37,891 bases of DNA from Candidatus Thorarchaeota archaeon (lineage in GTDB: Archaea; Asgardarchaeota; Thorarchaeia; Thorarchaeales; Thorarchaeaceae): contig JBHLQM010000028.1 of assembly GCA_048884785.1 (NCBI GenBank), forward strand, positions 1-37,891, given 5' to 3'. The notes beneath the pieces were generated by a model. That model saw nothing but the letters and a program-made list of their open reading frames with translations, did not search any database and was not told the DNA's origin. Each line of letters begins with the position of its first letter. The stretch's first letter is position 1. This document shows, in pieces, positions 8,661 through 18,459 of this stretch. Made by a program: the position numbers and the translations under genes.

Positions 8661-9665
8661 CTATGCTCCATAATACCTCTTTAGTATTCTACTCGCCCTC
8701 AGAGTAATCCATTTTGAGGGCTCATTCTTGCTTTCTATCTCGCAGAGCATTTTTCCATTGAAGGTGTTTTTAAGACTCCAAGTCCCGTCAGGATTTTGCA
8801 GCGTTTTCACTAATTCTATTGATTCATTCATTCGATCATCCTTGATGCCCAGTCCAGTCAGAACATCCAGAACTTCCAGAACATCAGACTGATAGAAAAT
8901 AGGAAAGCCAAAACGTTTCCATCCCGCCTTCTCTTTCCTTGTTCCATCTGGTGCTCTAAGGTATTTGAAAATCTGATTCTCAAGAATTATCTCAACTTCT
9001 TGGGTTATGATTCTCTTCAGCTCTTTCGACCTATCGTTTGAAGGGATGTGTGAAAGAGCTTTCAGCATCTTTACTCCGCCCATGAAGCAATTTGCCGGAA
9101 ATACCCCATCAGGATTTATTGGAAATGCCCTACACTTCCAACCTCCTACATCATCAGAGTGATAATCGATCTGAAACTGGATCAGCCGCTGGGTCCTTGG
9201 GTCATTCAGGTAGCCAAAATGAATCAGGTAAAAGAGGATGTTCCCATCATAGCAACAACCATCCTTGACCTCACTAGCGCGTCCTTTCTCAGTTTTTGGC
9301 ATATCTGTCAGAAAATGACCAGAGTTCCGCTGAAACAGAAATACATGCTCGATTACTCTTCTTATTCTATCGGTCGTTGGCATCCCAAACTCAGCTAAAA
9401 TGAGTAAATTGTGTGTGGTTGCAGTATATTTCGGGAGGTAGATATCGCCATAAGATTCCCAATAGCCTTCTGCCTTGAGCGCATTCATCATTGTTCGCAC
9501 ACACTCGGATTCTGGAATATGTGCTTGTGCATCAATGACCTCTGAGTCTGTTTCCTTCTTGTCCAAAATACCCTTCAGGGTCCAATACCTAATACTTGGA
9601 TTCTTGGGGTCGAGTAGCCACTGTAGCACATTTTCAGAGATGCTTGCAGTGGCCATTATGTACAC
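8661..9665 (-). CDS. Alpha/alpha-toroid protein, prenyltransferase/squalene-cyclase-repeat-like, function unknown
   Basis: QW-like repeats (QRNSGHF, DVGGWKC, QNPDGTW) and C-terminal EPSKWITLRA. Confidence 0.65.
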   Translation of the reverse strand: MYIMATASISENVLQWLLDPKNPSIRYWTLKGILDKKETDSEVIDAQAHIPESECVRTMMNALKAEGYWESYGDIYLPKYTATTHNLLILAEFGMPTTDRIRRVIEHVFLFQRNSGHFLTDMPKTEKGRASEVKDGCCYDGNILFYLIHFGYLNDPRTQRLIQFQIDYHSDDVGGWKCRAFPINPDGVFPANCFMGGVKMLKALSHIPSNDRSKELKRIITQEVEIILENQIFKYLRAPDGTRKEKAGWKRFGFPIFYQSDVLEVLDVLTGLGIKDDRMNESIELVKTLQNPDGTWSLKNTFNGKMLCEIESKNEPSKWITLRASRILKRYYGA

Positions 9666-9673
9666 ACCTCAAT

Positions 9674-10978
9674 TCACAGGTCAAAGCCAGTCTTTTTAGA
9701 ACCCCAGGCATCCATCGCCTTTTTCAGCTCATCATGCTCCTTTGCATACTTGCTTACAGGAATCCCCTGCATTTTCGCATCGATTGCCTGTCGAAAGGCA
9801 ATTGCGCCTGCTCGGGGTCCGTCTGGATGCGCATGAATTCCTGCTCCCGTTCCTATCACAATGTCTGGACCTAAGTCATCCATGACCTCCTCAACATGTC
9901 CGGGACTTATTCCGCCACTTGGCATCGGAGCTGTTTGTTCTATATGATGTAGCGGCATAATCATATCATGTGCCATGTGAAGGAATCTCTCTCTGAGCAT
10001 GGGTGCCTTTCCGTATGGTGCAGGGAAGACCGTGATATCTGAGCCGCAGATTCTCGGTAACTTGCCAATGACTATATTGGTCCCGATTCCAATATCTGGA
10101 GAATATGAGATTGCACCTGTGATATCCATGTGAGCAAGAACAGGTACTTTCAGAGATGGGTCCTCACATACATGCTGGAATGCTGAATAGCCAACCGCCA
10201 AGAAATTAATCATTAGACCATTGGCACCTAGCTCTATTGCCTTCTCAGCGTTTTCAAACATCTGTGGGATACTGTCTGTGATATTAACTGTGAATATGGT
10301 CTTCTCTCCTTTCTCTGCATCCGCTCTATCAATCGCCTCCATAAAGAGCGGGATTCTCTCTTGCAGAGTATTGAAACAGGCATTTGCAAGAAGCTCATCA
10401 TCTTTGATGATATCTGCTCCGCCTACTGCGGCTTCAAAACATAGATCAGCACCTACCTTTGCTGATGTATACACGCAGGGTTTGATCATGTTATTGACAA
10501 ATGGACGATTCTTCACACCGAGGAGCTTTCGGAGACCCTTGATTCCAAACTTTGGCCCTTTGAATCCTTTCAACCAACTCTTGGGAAACCTCATGTCTAG
10601 GCATTTTATGGGTCCAAGAGAGATATTGCCAATCACTGTGGACAAAAGCATCGGAATCTGTTGACCGAAGTTCTCCCATGGAAAAGCAACTTGTAAAATA
10701 TAGTGTCGCCTAGTGAGGTCACTCGGTAGACTGTATTCATACTGGGGGACTTCATAGAGTCCAATGACCTTTGCCACATGCCTTTTTCGTACCTCTGCGG
10801 TTTCGCCAGGGACTAATGTCCATGTTCCAGTGCTCTGCTCGACTGCAGCAGCTTGTGCGACTTCCCTTGCATTCATGAAGGGCGGTAGTCGTGCATAGTA
10901 AGTGCAGATCACATAATTCTCAACATCAATTGCATCTGGAAGAGCATCAGGTAGAGCTTCAAGTGGAAGTTTTGCCAT
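9674..10978 (-). CDS. RuBisCO-like protein (form IV)
   Basis: EQSTGTW, GPKFG..G.R, GADIIKDDE carbamylation motif, MPSGG, G.GIHAHP. KPCVY and AHMD replace the KPK and HRA motifs of true RuBisCO. Confidence 0.92.
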   Translation of the reverse strand: MAKLPLEALPDALPDAIDVENYVICTYYARLPPFMNAREVAQAAAVEQSTGTWTLVPGETAEVRKRHVAKVIGLYEVPQYEYSLPSDLTRRHYILQVAFPWENFGQQIPMLLSTVIGNISLGPIKCLDMRFPKSWLKGFKGPKFGIKGLRKLLGVKNRPFVNNMIKPCVYTSAKVGADLCFEAAVGGADIIKDDELLANACFNTLQERIPLFMEAIDRADAEKGEKTIFTVNITDSIPQMFENAEKAIELGANGLMINFLAVGYSAFQHVCEDPSLKVPVLAHMDITGAISYSPDIGIGTNIVIGKLPRICGSDITVFPAPYGKAPMLRERFLHMAHDMIMPLHHIEQTAPMPSGGISPGHVEEVMDDLGPDIVIGTGAGIHAHPDGPRAGAIAFRQAIDAKMQGIPVSKYAKEHDELKKAMDAWGSKKTGFDL

Positions 10979-11161
10979 CTAAATCAACCAAGTAAAATGG
11001 TCACCTAACTGTCTTATTTCCTTTTGGAGAGAAACGCCATATTGTGCTATATATTCTCTTCTTGCGATGATATAGGATTGAAGTGTGTCATAGAGCTGCG
11101 CTTATCAATGAGTTATGCCCCTCGCCTTATCGTGTTGTACTGAGCTCGCAGGTGGAAGCGA

Positions 11162-12760
11162 ATGATTCACATAAGGGATGTAGCAAAGAAAGCTGGTATT
11201 TCTGAAGAATATCTGGAGTTCTATGGGCCTTATATGGCCAAAATGGATCTCAAAATGAGGAAAACTTTGGGCAAGCGCAAAGGGAAACTGATTCTTGTAA
11301 CAGCCACAACTCCTACTCCAGCTGGTGAAGGGAAAACCACTAATTCAATCGGCCTATCTATGGCGCTTAACGCGCTTGGTCACAGCGCTGTCGTAGCGAT
11401 TAGACAGCCTTCTCTTGGACCTGTGTTTGGCGTAAAAGGTGGAGCTGCTGGAGGCGGAAAATCAACAGTCGAGCCATTTGAAAACATCAATCTGCTGTTC
11501 ACCGGCGATTTCCCAGCTATAACCTCAGCTCATAATCTCTTGAGCGCAATGATTGACAATCACATTCATCATGATTTAGATCCTGAAATAGATGTGAGAA
11601 GAGTCTACTGGCCTAGGGCAGTTGACATGAATGACAGAGCATTGAGAAAGGTAATTGTCGGATTAGGGGGCCGGTTTGATGGATTCCCAAGGGAGGACAC
11701 TTTTGTAATCACTGCCGCATCTGAAATCATGGCTATTGTGGGTCTCGCGAATGACTATGAAGATCTAAAGCAAAGGCTCGGTAGCATACTGGTTGCAAGA
11801 ACCATGAGAATGAAGGAGCTATTCGCCCGTGACCTGAAAGCGGAAGGTGCAATGACGGTTCTGCTTAGAGACGCTCTCAAACCCAATTTGGTGCAGACAT
11901 CTGAGGAGACTCCTGCGATAATTCATACTGGACCATTTGCCAACATTGCCCATGGTACTAGCTCGATTATTGGTACAGATATTGCTCTGCGTCTGTTTGA
12001 TTATGTTGTTGTCGAGGCCGGCTTTGGTGCTGATTTGGGTGCCGAGAAGTTCTTCAATATTGTCGCACGTGCAGGGAAGTTCAATGTTGATGCTGCAGTC
12101 GTAATCACTACCATTCGTGCTTTGAAGTATCACGGATATGATGATTTGGAACAGGGATTCTCTAACCTTGACGCTCATATGGATAACATAGAGAAGTTTG
12201 GGGTCCCGGCCGTGATTGCCTTGAATAGATTTCCTGATGATACAGAGGAAGAGATAGCAACTCTTCGGAAATATTGCAAGTCGCGAGGCTGGAGAATGGA
12301 AGTCTCAGAGGTCTTTGCTAAAGGAAGTGAAGGCGGAAAACTCCTCGCTTCAGTTGTGATAGATGCCATTGAGAATAGGAAGAGCAAGCTCAAGTATACC
12401 TATGAACTTGAGGATGATCTGAAGACAAAGATTGAGAAAGTTGCCTGTAATATCTATGGATCGCGAGGCGTGGAATACCAGGCAGGAGCAAGCGGAGTTC
12501 TGAAATCCCTGGAGAAGAGAGGCTATGGTAATCTACCTATATGTATTGCAAAGACTCAGTTCAGTCTATCAGACAACAAAGGCCTTAGAGGACATCCTAG
12601 AGAAGATGTTGCAGAGGTCATGGGTGCTGATGTGAGTAGTGGGGCGGGCTTTGTTGTGGTCTATATGGGCGAAATTAACCTAATGCCAGGTCTGCCTGAA
12701 GAACCATCAGCGCACGGGATGAATCTTGATGCTGATGGTAATATCTCTGGAGTGTTTTAA
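11162..12760 (+). CDS. fhs: Formate--tetrahydrofolate ligase
   Basis: TPTPAGEGKTT, RQPSLGP.FG.KGGAAGGG, HTGPFANIAHG, EAGFGADLGAEKF, CIAKTQFSLSD. Confidence 0.96.
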   Translation: MIHIRDVAKKAGISEEYLEFYGPYMAKMDLKMRKTLGKRKGKLILVTATTPTPAGEGKTTNSIGLSMALNALGHSAVVAIRQPSLGPVFGVKGGAAGGGKSTVEPFENINLLFTGDFPAITSAHNLLSAMIDNHIHHDLDPEIDVRRVYWPRAVDMNDRALRKVIVGLGGRFDGFPREDTFVITAASEIMAIVGLANDYEDLKQRLGSILVARTMRMKELFARDLKAEGAMTVLLRDALKPNLVQTSEETPAIIHTGPFANIAHGTSSIIGTDIALRLFDYVVVEAGFGADLGAEKFFNIVARAGKFNVDAAVVITTIRALKYHGYDDLEQGFSNLDAHMDNIEKFGVPAVIALNRFPDDTEEEIATLRKYCKSRGWRMEVSEVFAKGSEGGKLLASVVIDAIENRKSKLKYTYELEDDLKTKIEKVACNIYGSRGVEYQAGASGVLKSLEKRGYGNLPICIAKTQFSLSDNKGLRGHPREDVAEVMGADVSSGAGFVVVYMGEINLMPGLPEEPSAHGMNLDADGNISGVF

Positions 12761-12779
12761 GTGGAGGTGCCCGGGACGC

Positions 12780-13664
12780 ATGTCTGATGAGAATGGATCG
12801 AAGCCAATCTGTGAAGATAATGTCTTGAAAGGGCGTCGTCTATCAAATCGAATTAGAGACGAAGTTCAGGCTGAGGTGGAACATCTGGTGAGCATCCACG
12901 GAGTCCCTCCAAAACTTGCAACAGTAATTGTGGGTGATGACCCGGGATCTGAGATGTATATTCGAATGAAACATAAAGCCTCCAACAAGGCTGGAATATT
13001 ATCTGAGCACCATGGACTTCCTGAAAACACAAGTCAGGCTGAACTTCTACAGCTAATCAGTCAGCTAAATAATGACAAATCAGTGCATGGAATCCTTGTT
13101 CAACTACCTCTCCCTAGCCATATCAATGAGAAGAAGATTATAGGTGCTATTGACCCCCTAAAGGATGTAGATGGGTTTTCCCCTGCAAACATCTATCGGC
13201 TTTTCTATGGTGATGAGAAACTCAGTGCTGCGACTCCCCACGGTATTGTTGCAATGCTAGATGCCATTGATATGAAGGATTTGTCTGGAAAACATGCTGT
13301 TATTGTTAACAGATCTACTATAGTAGGAAAGCCTCTCATCTTTCTACTACTCAATCGAAATGCAACAGTAACAGTATGTCATTCTCGTACATCAGATCTC
13401 TCCTCATTCACAAAGAATGCAGACGTGCTTGTGACTGCAATTGGGAGACGCAAATCTGAAGAAGATCCATTCTTCATCACCGCAGATATGGTCAAAGAAG
13501 GGGCAGTTGTAATTGATGTTTCCACCCCTCTCGGCGATGTGGATTTTGAAGCAGTTAAGGAAAAAGTTCTGTGTATTACCCCCGTTCCTGGCGGAGTCGG
13601 ACCAATGACCATTGCAATGCTATTGAGAAATGTACTCGATGCATACGAGGCACAACTCGCATAA
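12780..13664 (+). CDS. folD: Bifunctional methylene-THF dehydrogenase / methenyl-THF cyclohydrolase
   Basis: YxxxK (YIRMK), HGILVQLPLP, KDVDG, RS.IVGKP, ITPVPGGVGPMT. Start likely ATG 12780. Confidence 0.95.
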   Translation: MSDENGSKPICEDNVLKGRRLSNRIRDEVQAEVEHLVSIHGVPPKLATVIVGDDPGSEMYIRMKHKASNKAGILSEHHGLPENTSQAELLQLISQLNNDKSVHGILVQLPLPSHINEKKIIGAIDPLKDVDGFSPANIYRLFYGDEKLSAATPHGIVAMLDAIDMKDLSGKHAVIVNRSTIVGKPLIFLLLNRNATVTVCHSRTSDLSSFTKNADVLVTAIGRRKSEEDPFFITADMVKEGAVVIDVSTPLGDVDFEAVKEKVLCITPVPGGVGPMTIAMLLRNVLDAYEAQLA

Positions 13665-13731
13665 GGGAAAATCACAATAGGCTTGAAGTTAACAGCTGAG
13701 AGAGCAAATCAAAGGTTTGGAGTAGCAGATC

Positions 13732-15195
13732 ATGAAGCTGATGAATGGTGCCGATTATATCGAAAGCTTGAGAAAACGCGGTCCTCTGAAGGTCTATATG
13801 CTTGGTGAAAAAATTGAGAATCCTGTTGATCATCCAATCATTCGAGCATCCATCAACTCTGTTGCCCTTACCTATGATTTAGCGCATAATCCTGAATACG
13901 CAGACATGTTGACAGCCACATCATCCATTACGGGTAGTAAAATCAACCGCTTTTGCCATCTGCATCAAAGCACGGAAGACTTGCAGGATAAGGTGAAAAT
14001 GCAGCGAATTTTAGGTCAAAAGAGTGGTACCTGTTTTCAGCGCTGTGTTGGCATGGATGCACTAAATGCCGTTTTTCTAACTACATATGAGGTTGACCAG
14101 CAGTATGGCACAGATTATCATGATAGATTCAAGACATATATCAAGAAGGCAGAGGAGCACGATTGGGTAATCGATGGCTGCATGACGGACCCGAAGGGCG
14201 ATAGAGGAAAGCGGCCATCCGAGCAAAAAGATCCTGATGTATATGTTCATGTCGTCGAACGGAGAGATGACGGAGTTGTAATTCGTGGTGCCAAGGCTCA
14301 TCAGACTGGTGCAGTCAACTCACATGAGCATCTGATAATGCCTACTCTCGCCATGCGGAATGAGGACAAAGACTTTACAATCTGCTGTGCAATTCCTGCA
14401 GACGCAGAGGGAATCACTTACTACTATGGACGCCAATCATGCGACCTTCGCAGGCTGGATGAGAGTAGTGCTGGCGACATTGACTGCGGGAATCCTGTCT
14501 ATGGGGGACAGGAATGCTTGATTGTTTTCGAAGATGTATTCGTACCTACTGAGCGGATCTTCATGAATGGCGAGACAGACTACTGTGCAAGGTTAGTGGA
14601 TACGTTTGCTGCATACCACAGACAGAGCTATGGAGGGTGCAAGGTTGGTGTTGGTGATGTTCTCATAGGTGCAGCAGCCACCATTGCTGAGTATAATGGT
14701 GTTTCAGGAGCATCTCATATCAAAGATAAGATCACTGAGATGACACACCTCAATGAAACCCTCTACTCTTGTGGTATTGCTTGTTCAGCGGCTGGGAGCA
14801 AGACGCCTGCTGGCAATTATCTTGTGGATATTCTCCTAGCTAACATATGCAAACAGAATGTCACTCGATTTCCCTATGAAATATCCCGTCTATTGCAGGA
14901 TATTGCTGGAGGTCTCTTTGTGACCTGCCCGAGTGCCAAAGAGATGGAGAATCCTGAGACCCGAAGAGTAATTGAGAAGTACCTCTCAGGTGCAGAGAAT
15001 GTCAGCACTGAGAACCGGATAAGGATGCTTCGCCTAATTGAGAACTTGACGTTAGGTAGAGCAGCAGTGGGATATCTGACAGAGTCAATGCATGGTGCGG
15101 GCTCTCCCCAGGCTCAAAGGATTATGATTAGTAGACTCTCAGATATTGAGCAGAAAAAACGGCTCGCAAAATCCCTGGCTCAGATAAAGGAATGA
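13732..15195 (+). CDS. abfD: 4-hydroxybutyryl-CoA dehydratase / vinylacetyl-CoA isomerase
   Basis: [4Fe-4S] ligands in TCFQRCVGMD and YHRQSYGGCK; MTDPKGDR; GAKAHQTG; HGAGSPQAQ. Confidence 0.92.
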   Translation: MKLMNGADYIESLRKRGPLKVYMLGEKIENPVDHPIIRASINSVALTYDLAHNPEYADMLTATSSITGSKINRFCHLHQSTEDLQDKVKMQRILGQKSGTCFQRCVGMDALNAVFLTTYEVDQQYGTDYHDRFKTYIKKAEEHDWVIDGCMTDPKGDRGKRPSEQKDPDVYVHVVERRDDGVVIRGAKAHQTGAVNSHEHLIMPTLAMRNEDKDFTICCAIPADAEGITYYYGRQSCDLRRLDESSAGDIDCGNPVYGGQECLIVFEDVFVPTERIFMNGETDYCARLVDTFAAYHRQSYGGCKVGVGDVLIGAAATIAEYNGVSGASHIKDKITEMTHLNETLYSCGIACSAAGSKTPAGNYLVDILLANICKQNVTRFPYEISRLLQDIAGGLFVTCPSAKEMENPETRRVIEKYLSGAENVSTENRIRMLRLIENLTLGRAAVGYLTESMHGAGSPQAQRIMISRLSDIEQKKRLAKSLAQIKE

Positions 15196-15263
15196 AAGGG
15201 CAATCACATGGATATATCCCAAGCCCAAAGCCTTTTCAATAACAACGCTACGAGCCCATCTCG

Positions 15264-16835
15264 GTGGGTCTTGTGAAGATCGTTGAGTGTGTACCCAACT
15301 TCTCAGTAGGTCGTGATAAGAAGCTCATAGATGCACTTGCTGATACAATCAGAGGCATTGAAGGAGTTCGACTTCTTGATGTTGAATTCGATCCCGATCA
15401 TAATAGGTCTGTTTTCACCTTTATTGGCGAGCCGCAAAAAGTAAAACAGGCCGCTTTGAAAGCCGCAGAGCTTGCTGTTGAAAAGATTGACTTGACGAAA
15501 CACGAAGGCGAACACCCAAGAATGGGTGCTGCTGATGTTGTTCCATTCATTCCTCTCCATGGAACTACAATAGGCGAATGCATCGAACTCTCAAAGGAAT
15601 TTGCTGAGGAGTTCTCTCAGAAATGCAATGTCCCTGTATTTCTATACGCGAAATCGGCGACGCGTCCTGAAAGAACAGATCTACCCAATATTCGGGAAGG
15701 TGAATTTGAAGGACTACGTGAGCTAATTGGAAAAGACCCTGCAAAAGACCCAGACTATGGTCCGAAGAAGATACATCCAACTGCAGGAGCCACCGCAACA
15801 GGCGCTCGCAACTTTCTCATAGCAATCAACTTCAATCTAAGCACAGAGGATGTTAAAGTAGCTAAGATATGTGCTGACGCGGTCCGCGGTACAACTGGCG
15901 GGTTTGCCAATGTCCAAGGAATCGGTCTCCACCTTCCTGATAAGAAATGTGCGCAGGTCTCACTCAACTTGACTCATCCAAAGAAGACAAAGATTCACCA
16001 AGTATTAGAGGTCGTAAGAAATGAGGCTAGGAGATTTGGTGCCACAGTCATTGAAACAGAGATTGTTGGAATGGTGCCGCTTTTCGCATTACTTGATGCA
16101 CTCAAGTACTATCTCCAACCCGAAAAGCTAGATGAAAGTATGATTCTTGATCTCTACTATTTAGGAGAAGGGTCCGATCCCACCAAGAAGACCTTCAGAG
16201 AGATGTCTGTGTTTGAATTTGGCAATGAGATTAGGAAGGCAAGAGCCACTCCCGGTGGGGGTAGTGTTGCCGCTGCAATGGGTTCCTATGGAGCGGCACT
16301 TGTGTGTATGGTAACAGGTCTCTCGATATCCGGTCGTAAGTTTGCTGCGATTAAAGAAGAGATGCTTGAGCATCGCCATGCCTGCGAAACCGACCGCGGA
16401 ATACTCATGGATTTGATTGAACGTGATTCTGCAGCTTTTGATGATGTTATGGCCCTCTTCAAGATGCCTGAAGAAACCGATGCTGAAAAGAAGGCGAAGG
16501 AGAAAGCAATCGAGGAGGCTACCATAAAGGCTGCTACAGTCCCCTTGGAAACCATGCGTCACTCGTTAAACTCGATGACACATGCCAAAGCGGCAGCAAG
16601 TAAAGGAAATATCAACACGATTACAGATGCAGGAGTTGCAACACATGCACTAATGGCAGCGATTGACGGAGCTGCACTCAATGTAAGAGTAAATCTGGGC
16701 AACATAAAATCCAAGGACTTTGTTGAAAAGACCGGTAAAGAAATCGAAAAGATTCTGAACGATGGAAGGCACCTCAAGCAGGAGATACTTGAGATCGTTG
16801 AAGCCAGAATGAAAGAGCTATCAGAAGGGAAGTGA
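15264..16835 (+). CDS. ftcD: Bifunctional glutamate formiminotransferase / formimino-THF cyclodeaminase
   Basis: ECVPNFS.GR, DHNRSV.T, HPRMGA.DV.PF, plus C-terminal cyclodeaminase motifs TPGGGSVAA and A.LNV..NL. Confidence 0.94.
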   Translation: MGLVKIVECVPNFSVGRDKKLIDALADTIRGIEGVRLLDVEFDPDHNRSVFTFIGEPQKVKQAALKAAELAVEKIDLTKHEGEHPRMGAADVVPFIPLHGTTIGECIELSKEFAEEFSQKCNVPVFLYAKSATRPERTDLPNIREGEFEGLRELIGKDPAKDPDYGPKKIHPTAGATATGARNFLIAINFNLSTEDVKVAKICADAVRGTTGGFANVQGIGLHLPDKKCAQVSLNLTHPKKTKIHQVLEVVRNEARRFGATVIETEIVGMVPLFALLDALKYYLQPEKLDESMILDLYYLGEGSDPTKKTFREMSVFEFGNEIRKARATPGGGSVAAAMGSYGAALVCMVTGLSISGRKFAAIKEEMLEHRHACETDRGILMDLIERDSAAFDDVMALFKMPEETDAEKKAKEKAIEEATIKAATVPLETMRHSLNSMTHAKAAASKGNINTITDAGVATHALMAAIDGAALNVRVNLGNIKSKDFVEKTGKEIEKILNDGRHLKQEILEIVEARMKELSEGK

Positions 16836-16836
16836 A

Positions 16837-17925
16837 TCATTCCCTCAAGATGGTCAGGGATGCGCCCTTCCCAATCTCAATAGAATACGGCACACCTTCC
16901 GAATCTCTAATTGCCTGTAAAACGTGCTGCTCTTGTCCTGGTGCATACGCGAGCATGGTCCCACCGCCACCACTTCCGTTTATCTTACATCCCAAGGCAC
17001 CAGCTTCAATAGCAGTCTTAATCATCTTCTCGATCTTTGGGGTCGAACGATGTAGCTCATCTCTCAGAATCTCATGATGTTCGTTAAGAAGTGCTCCGAT
17101 TTCCTGTTCATCAGGATTCCTCTTCCGAAGAAGTTCAAATGCCCTCGAAGTTAAATCGCGATTCCGCAACGCTCCCTGAGCCATAAGTGCGGATTGAGTA
17201 GCTCTTGGTCTTAGAACATCGGAAACAGAATCAAAAGAAGTTGCTCTGCGGTCAAAATCGGGTAGTCGACTCTCAATCATCCTGAAGCCTGTTTCAATGG
17301 ATTTTCTAATCTCCCTCAGATCTCCAACTGTGTCCTGTTTCTTTTGGCAGGAATCTCCAATGATAAGTCCTTCAAGTACTGCTGGTAATTGAGTGACTCT
17401 CTGCTCAGAAGTCATTGTCACATGGATGATTCCCCCAAAGGATGATGCAAAATGATCCATCATTCCACCACTCTCCCCGAATCTTGACACTTCTGTTTCA
17501 TACGCATACCGAGCAAGATCCAGACGATTGAACTCATGTCCTGCTATATGGGTGGCAGCTACAACAGAAGCTACGGAGAGAGCTGAGGAAGAAGAGAGAC
17601 CCGCTGCAAGTGGGATATTTCCTGAAACACGAAAATCCCATCCATGACTAGGAATATAGTTCAGGTCTCGAACCACGTTGAAGGCACTTCTCAAATAGTC
17701 TCTCTTATGCCTAGGTGTCAGTAAGGTGTTTAGCGAGAATTCGTCTCTATCGCCTATATCCATGTAATTAATACATATCAAATCGTCATCCCGAGGATTG
17801 GCAATAATCTCTATGTTCAGATTGATTGCAGCCGGGAGAACATCAAGGCCCAGATAATCGCTGTGTTCACCAAAGAGACAGACTCTACCAGGTGCTTGAA
17901 CCCTGAACGGTCTGCTAATTGCCAA
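16837..17925 (-). CDS. galK: GHMP sugar kinase, galactokinase-like
   Basis: PGRVCLFGEHSDY, PLAAGLSSSSA, GGMMDH, GSGGGG. Confidence 0.8.
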   Translation of the reverse strand: MAISRPFRVQAPGRVCLFGEHSDYLGLDVLPAAINLNIEIIANPRDDDLICINYMDIGDRDEFSLNTLLTPRHKRDYLRSAFNVVRDLNYIPSHGWDFRVSGNIPLAAGLSSSSALSVASVVAATHIAGHEFNRLDLARYAYETEVSRFGESGGMMDHFASSFGGIIHVTMTSEQRVTQLPAVLEGLIIGDSCQKKQDTVGDLREIRKSIETGFRMIESRLPDFDRRATSFDSVSDVLRPRATQSALMAQGALRNRDLTSRAFELLRKRNPDEQEIGALLNEHHEILRDELHRSTPKIEKMIKTAIEAGALGCKINGSGGGGTMLAYAPGQEQHVLQAIRDSEGVPYSIEIGKGASLTILRE

Positions 17926-17985
17926 ATTCTTGTCCTCATCTTTTTCGGGTTCTACTTGTCTGTTTAATGTTATCCTATGATTTCT

Positions 17986-18072
17986 CTAACTAAAGCATCG
18001 CTCATTGTGCACCTTCGCCGCGTTCAATGCATCGTCTAGCTCAGCTATCCTGATATTGATTCGCTGTTGCAT
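17986..18072 (-). pseudogene. Possible N-terminal remnant of a GNAT acetyltransferase
   Basis: 28-aa ORF MQQRINIRIAELDDALNAAKVHNERCFS* starts 3 nt after the upstream stop. It resembles the GNAT start I-R-x-A-x-x-x-D-A-x-x-x-A-x-V-H. Confidence 0.4.
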
Positions 18073-18074
18073 CC

Positions 18075-18400
18075 CTATTTCTGCTCAAGAGAGAGCTTAA
18101 TCACAGTTTCGAAATCTTCAGGAGTCACGCCCGGCGAGTCAATGTTGAAGTCCTTGTAGGTTTCTCTCACTCTATTGACTATATCCTCACCTTCAACCGA
18201 TGCCCCGATGAGATTTTCCTCAAGTGTCCTTATGGAGTCCGAGGGGTAAAGGAAGAAGTCACCTGAGAGCACAATGTCGCTAATCTTCTCATGGTCGACG
18301 GTAATTTTTGCCCTCAAAAGGCCTCCGGGAGCTTTGTGATTGGCGGTTCCAATGACGGTGTCAGCAGTGATTCTGACGGTTCTTGCATCATTCCTTGAAC
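18075..18400 (-). pseudogene. Lipoate-protein ligase C-terminal domain (LplB-like); 5' end lacks a canonical start
   Basis: The frame reads ...RTVRITADTVIGTANHKAPGGLLRAKI...ISDIVLSGDFFLYP...LE..L.G. The HKAPGGL motif lies upstream of the first available start (TTG 18317). Confidence 0.65.
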
Positions 18401-18459
18401 ACTTGCGGCCCTCATGCCAACGATTAAATCTCCTCCTACATTCTCATAATTGAACATCA

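Noticed and set aside
8661-9665. Rab geranylgeranyltransferase acting on the nearby GTPase, or a squalene cyclase
   Set aside because: The GTPase has no C-terminal Cys. The protein is a single barrel with no DxDD cyclase motif, and I could not identify the prenyltransferase Zn-site motif.
9674-10978. True RuBisCO / Calvin-cycle carbon fixation
   Set aside because: Key RuBP-carboxylation residues are substituted (KPK->KPC, HRA->HMD), indicating a form IV RLP.
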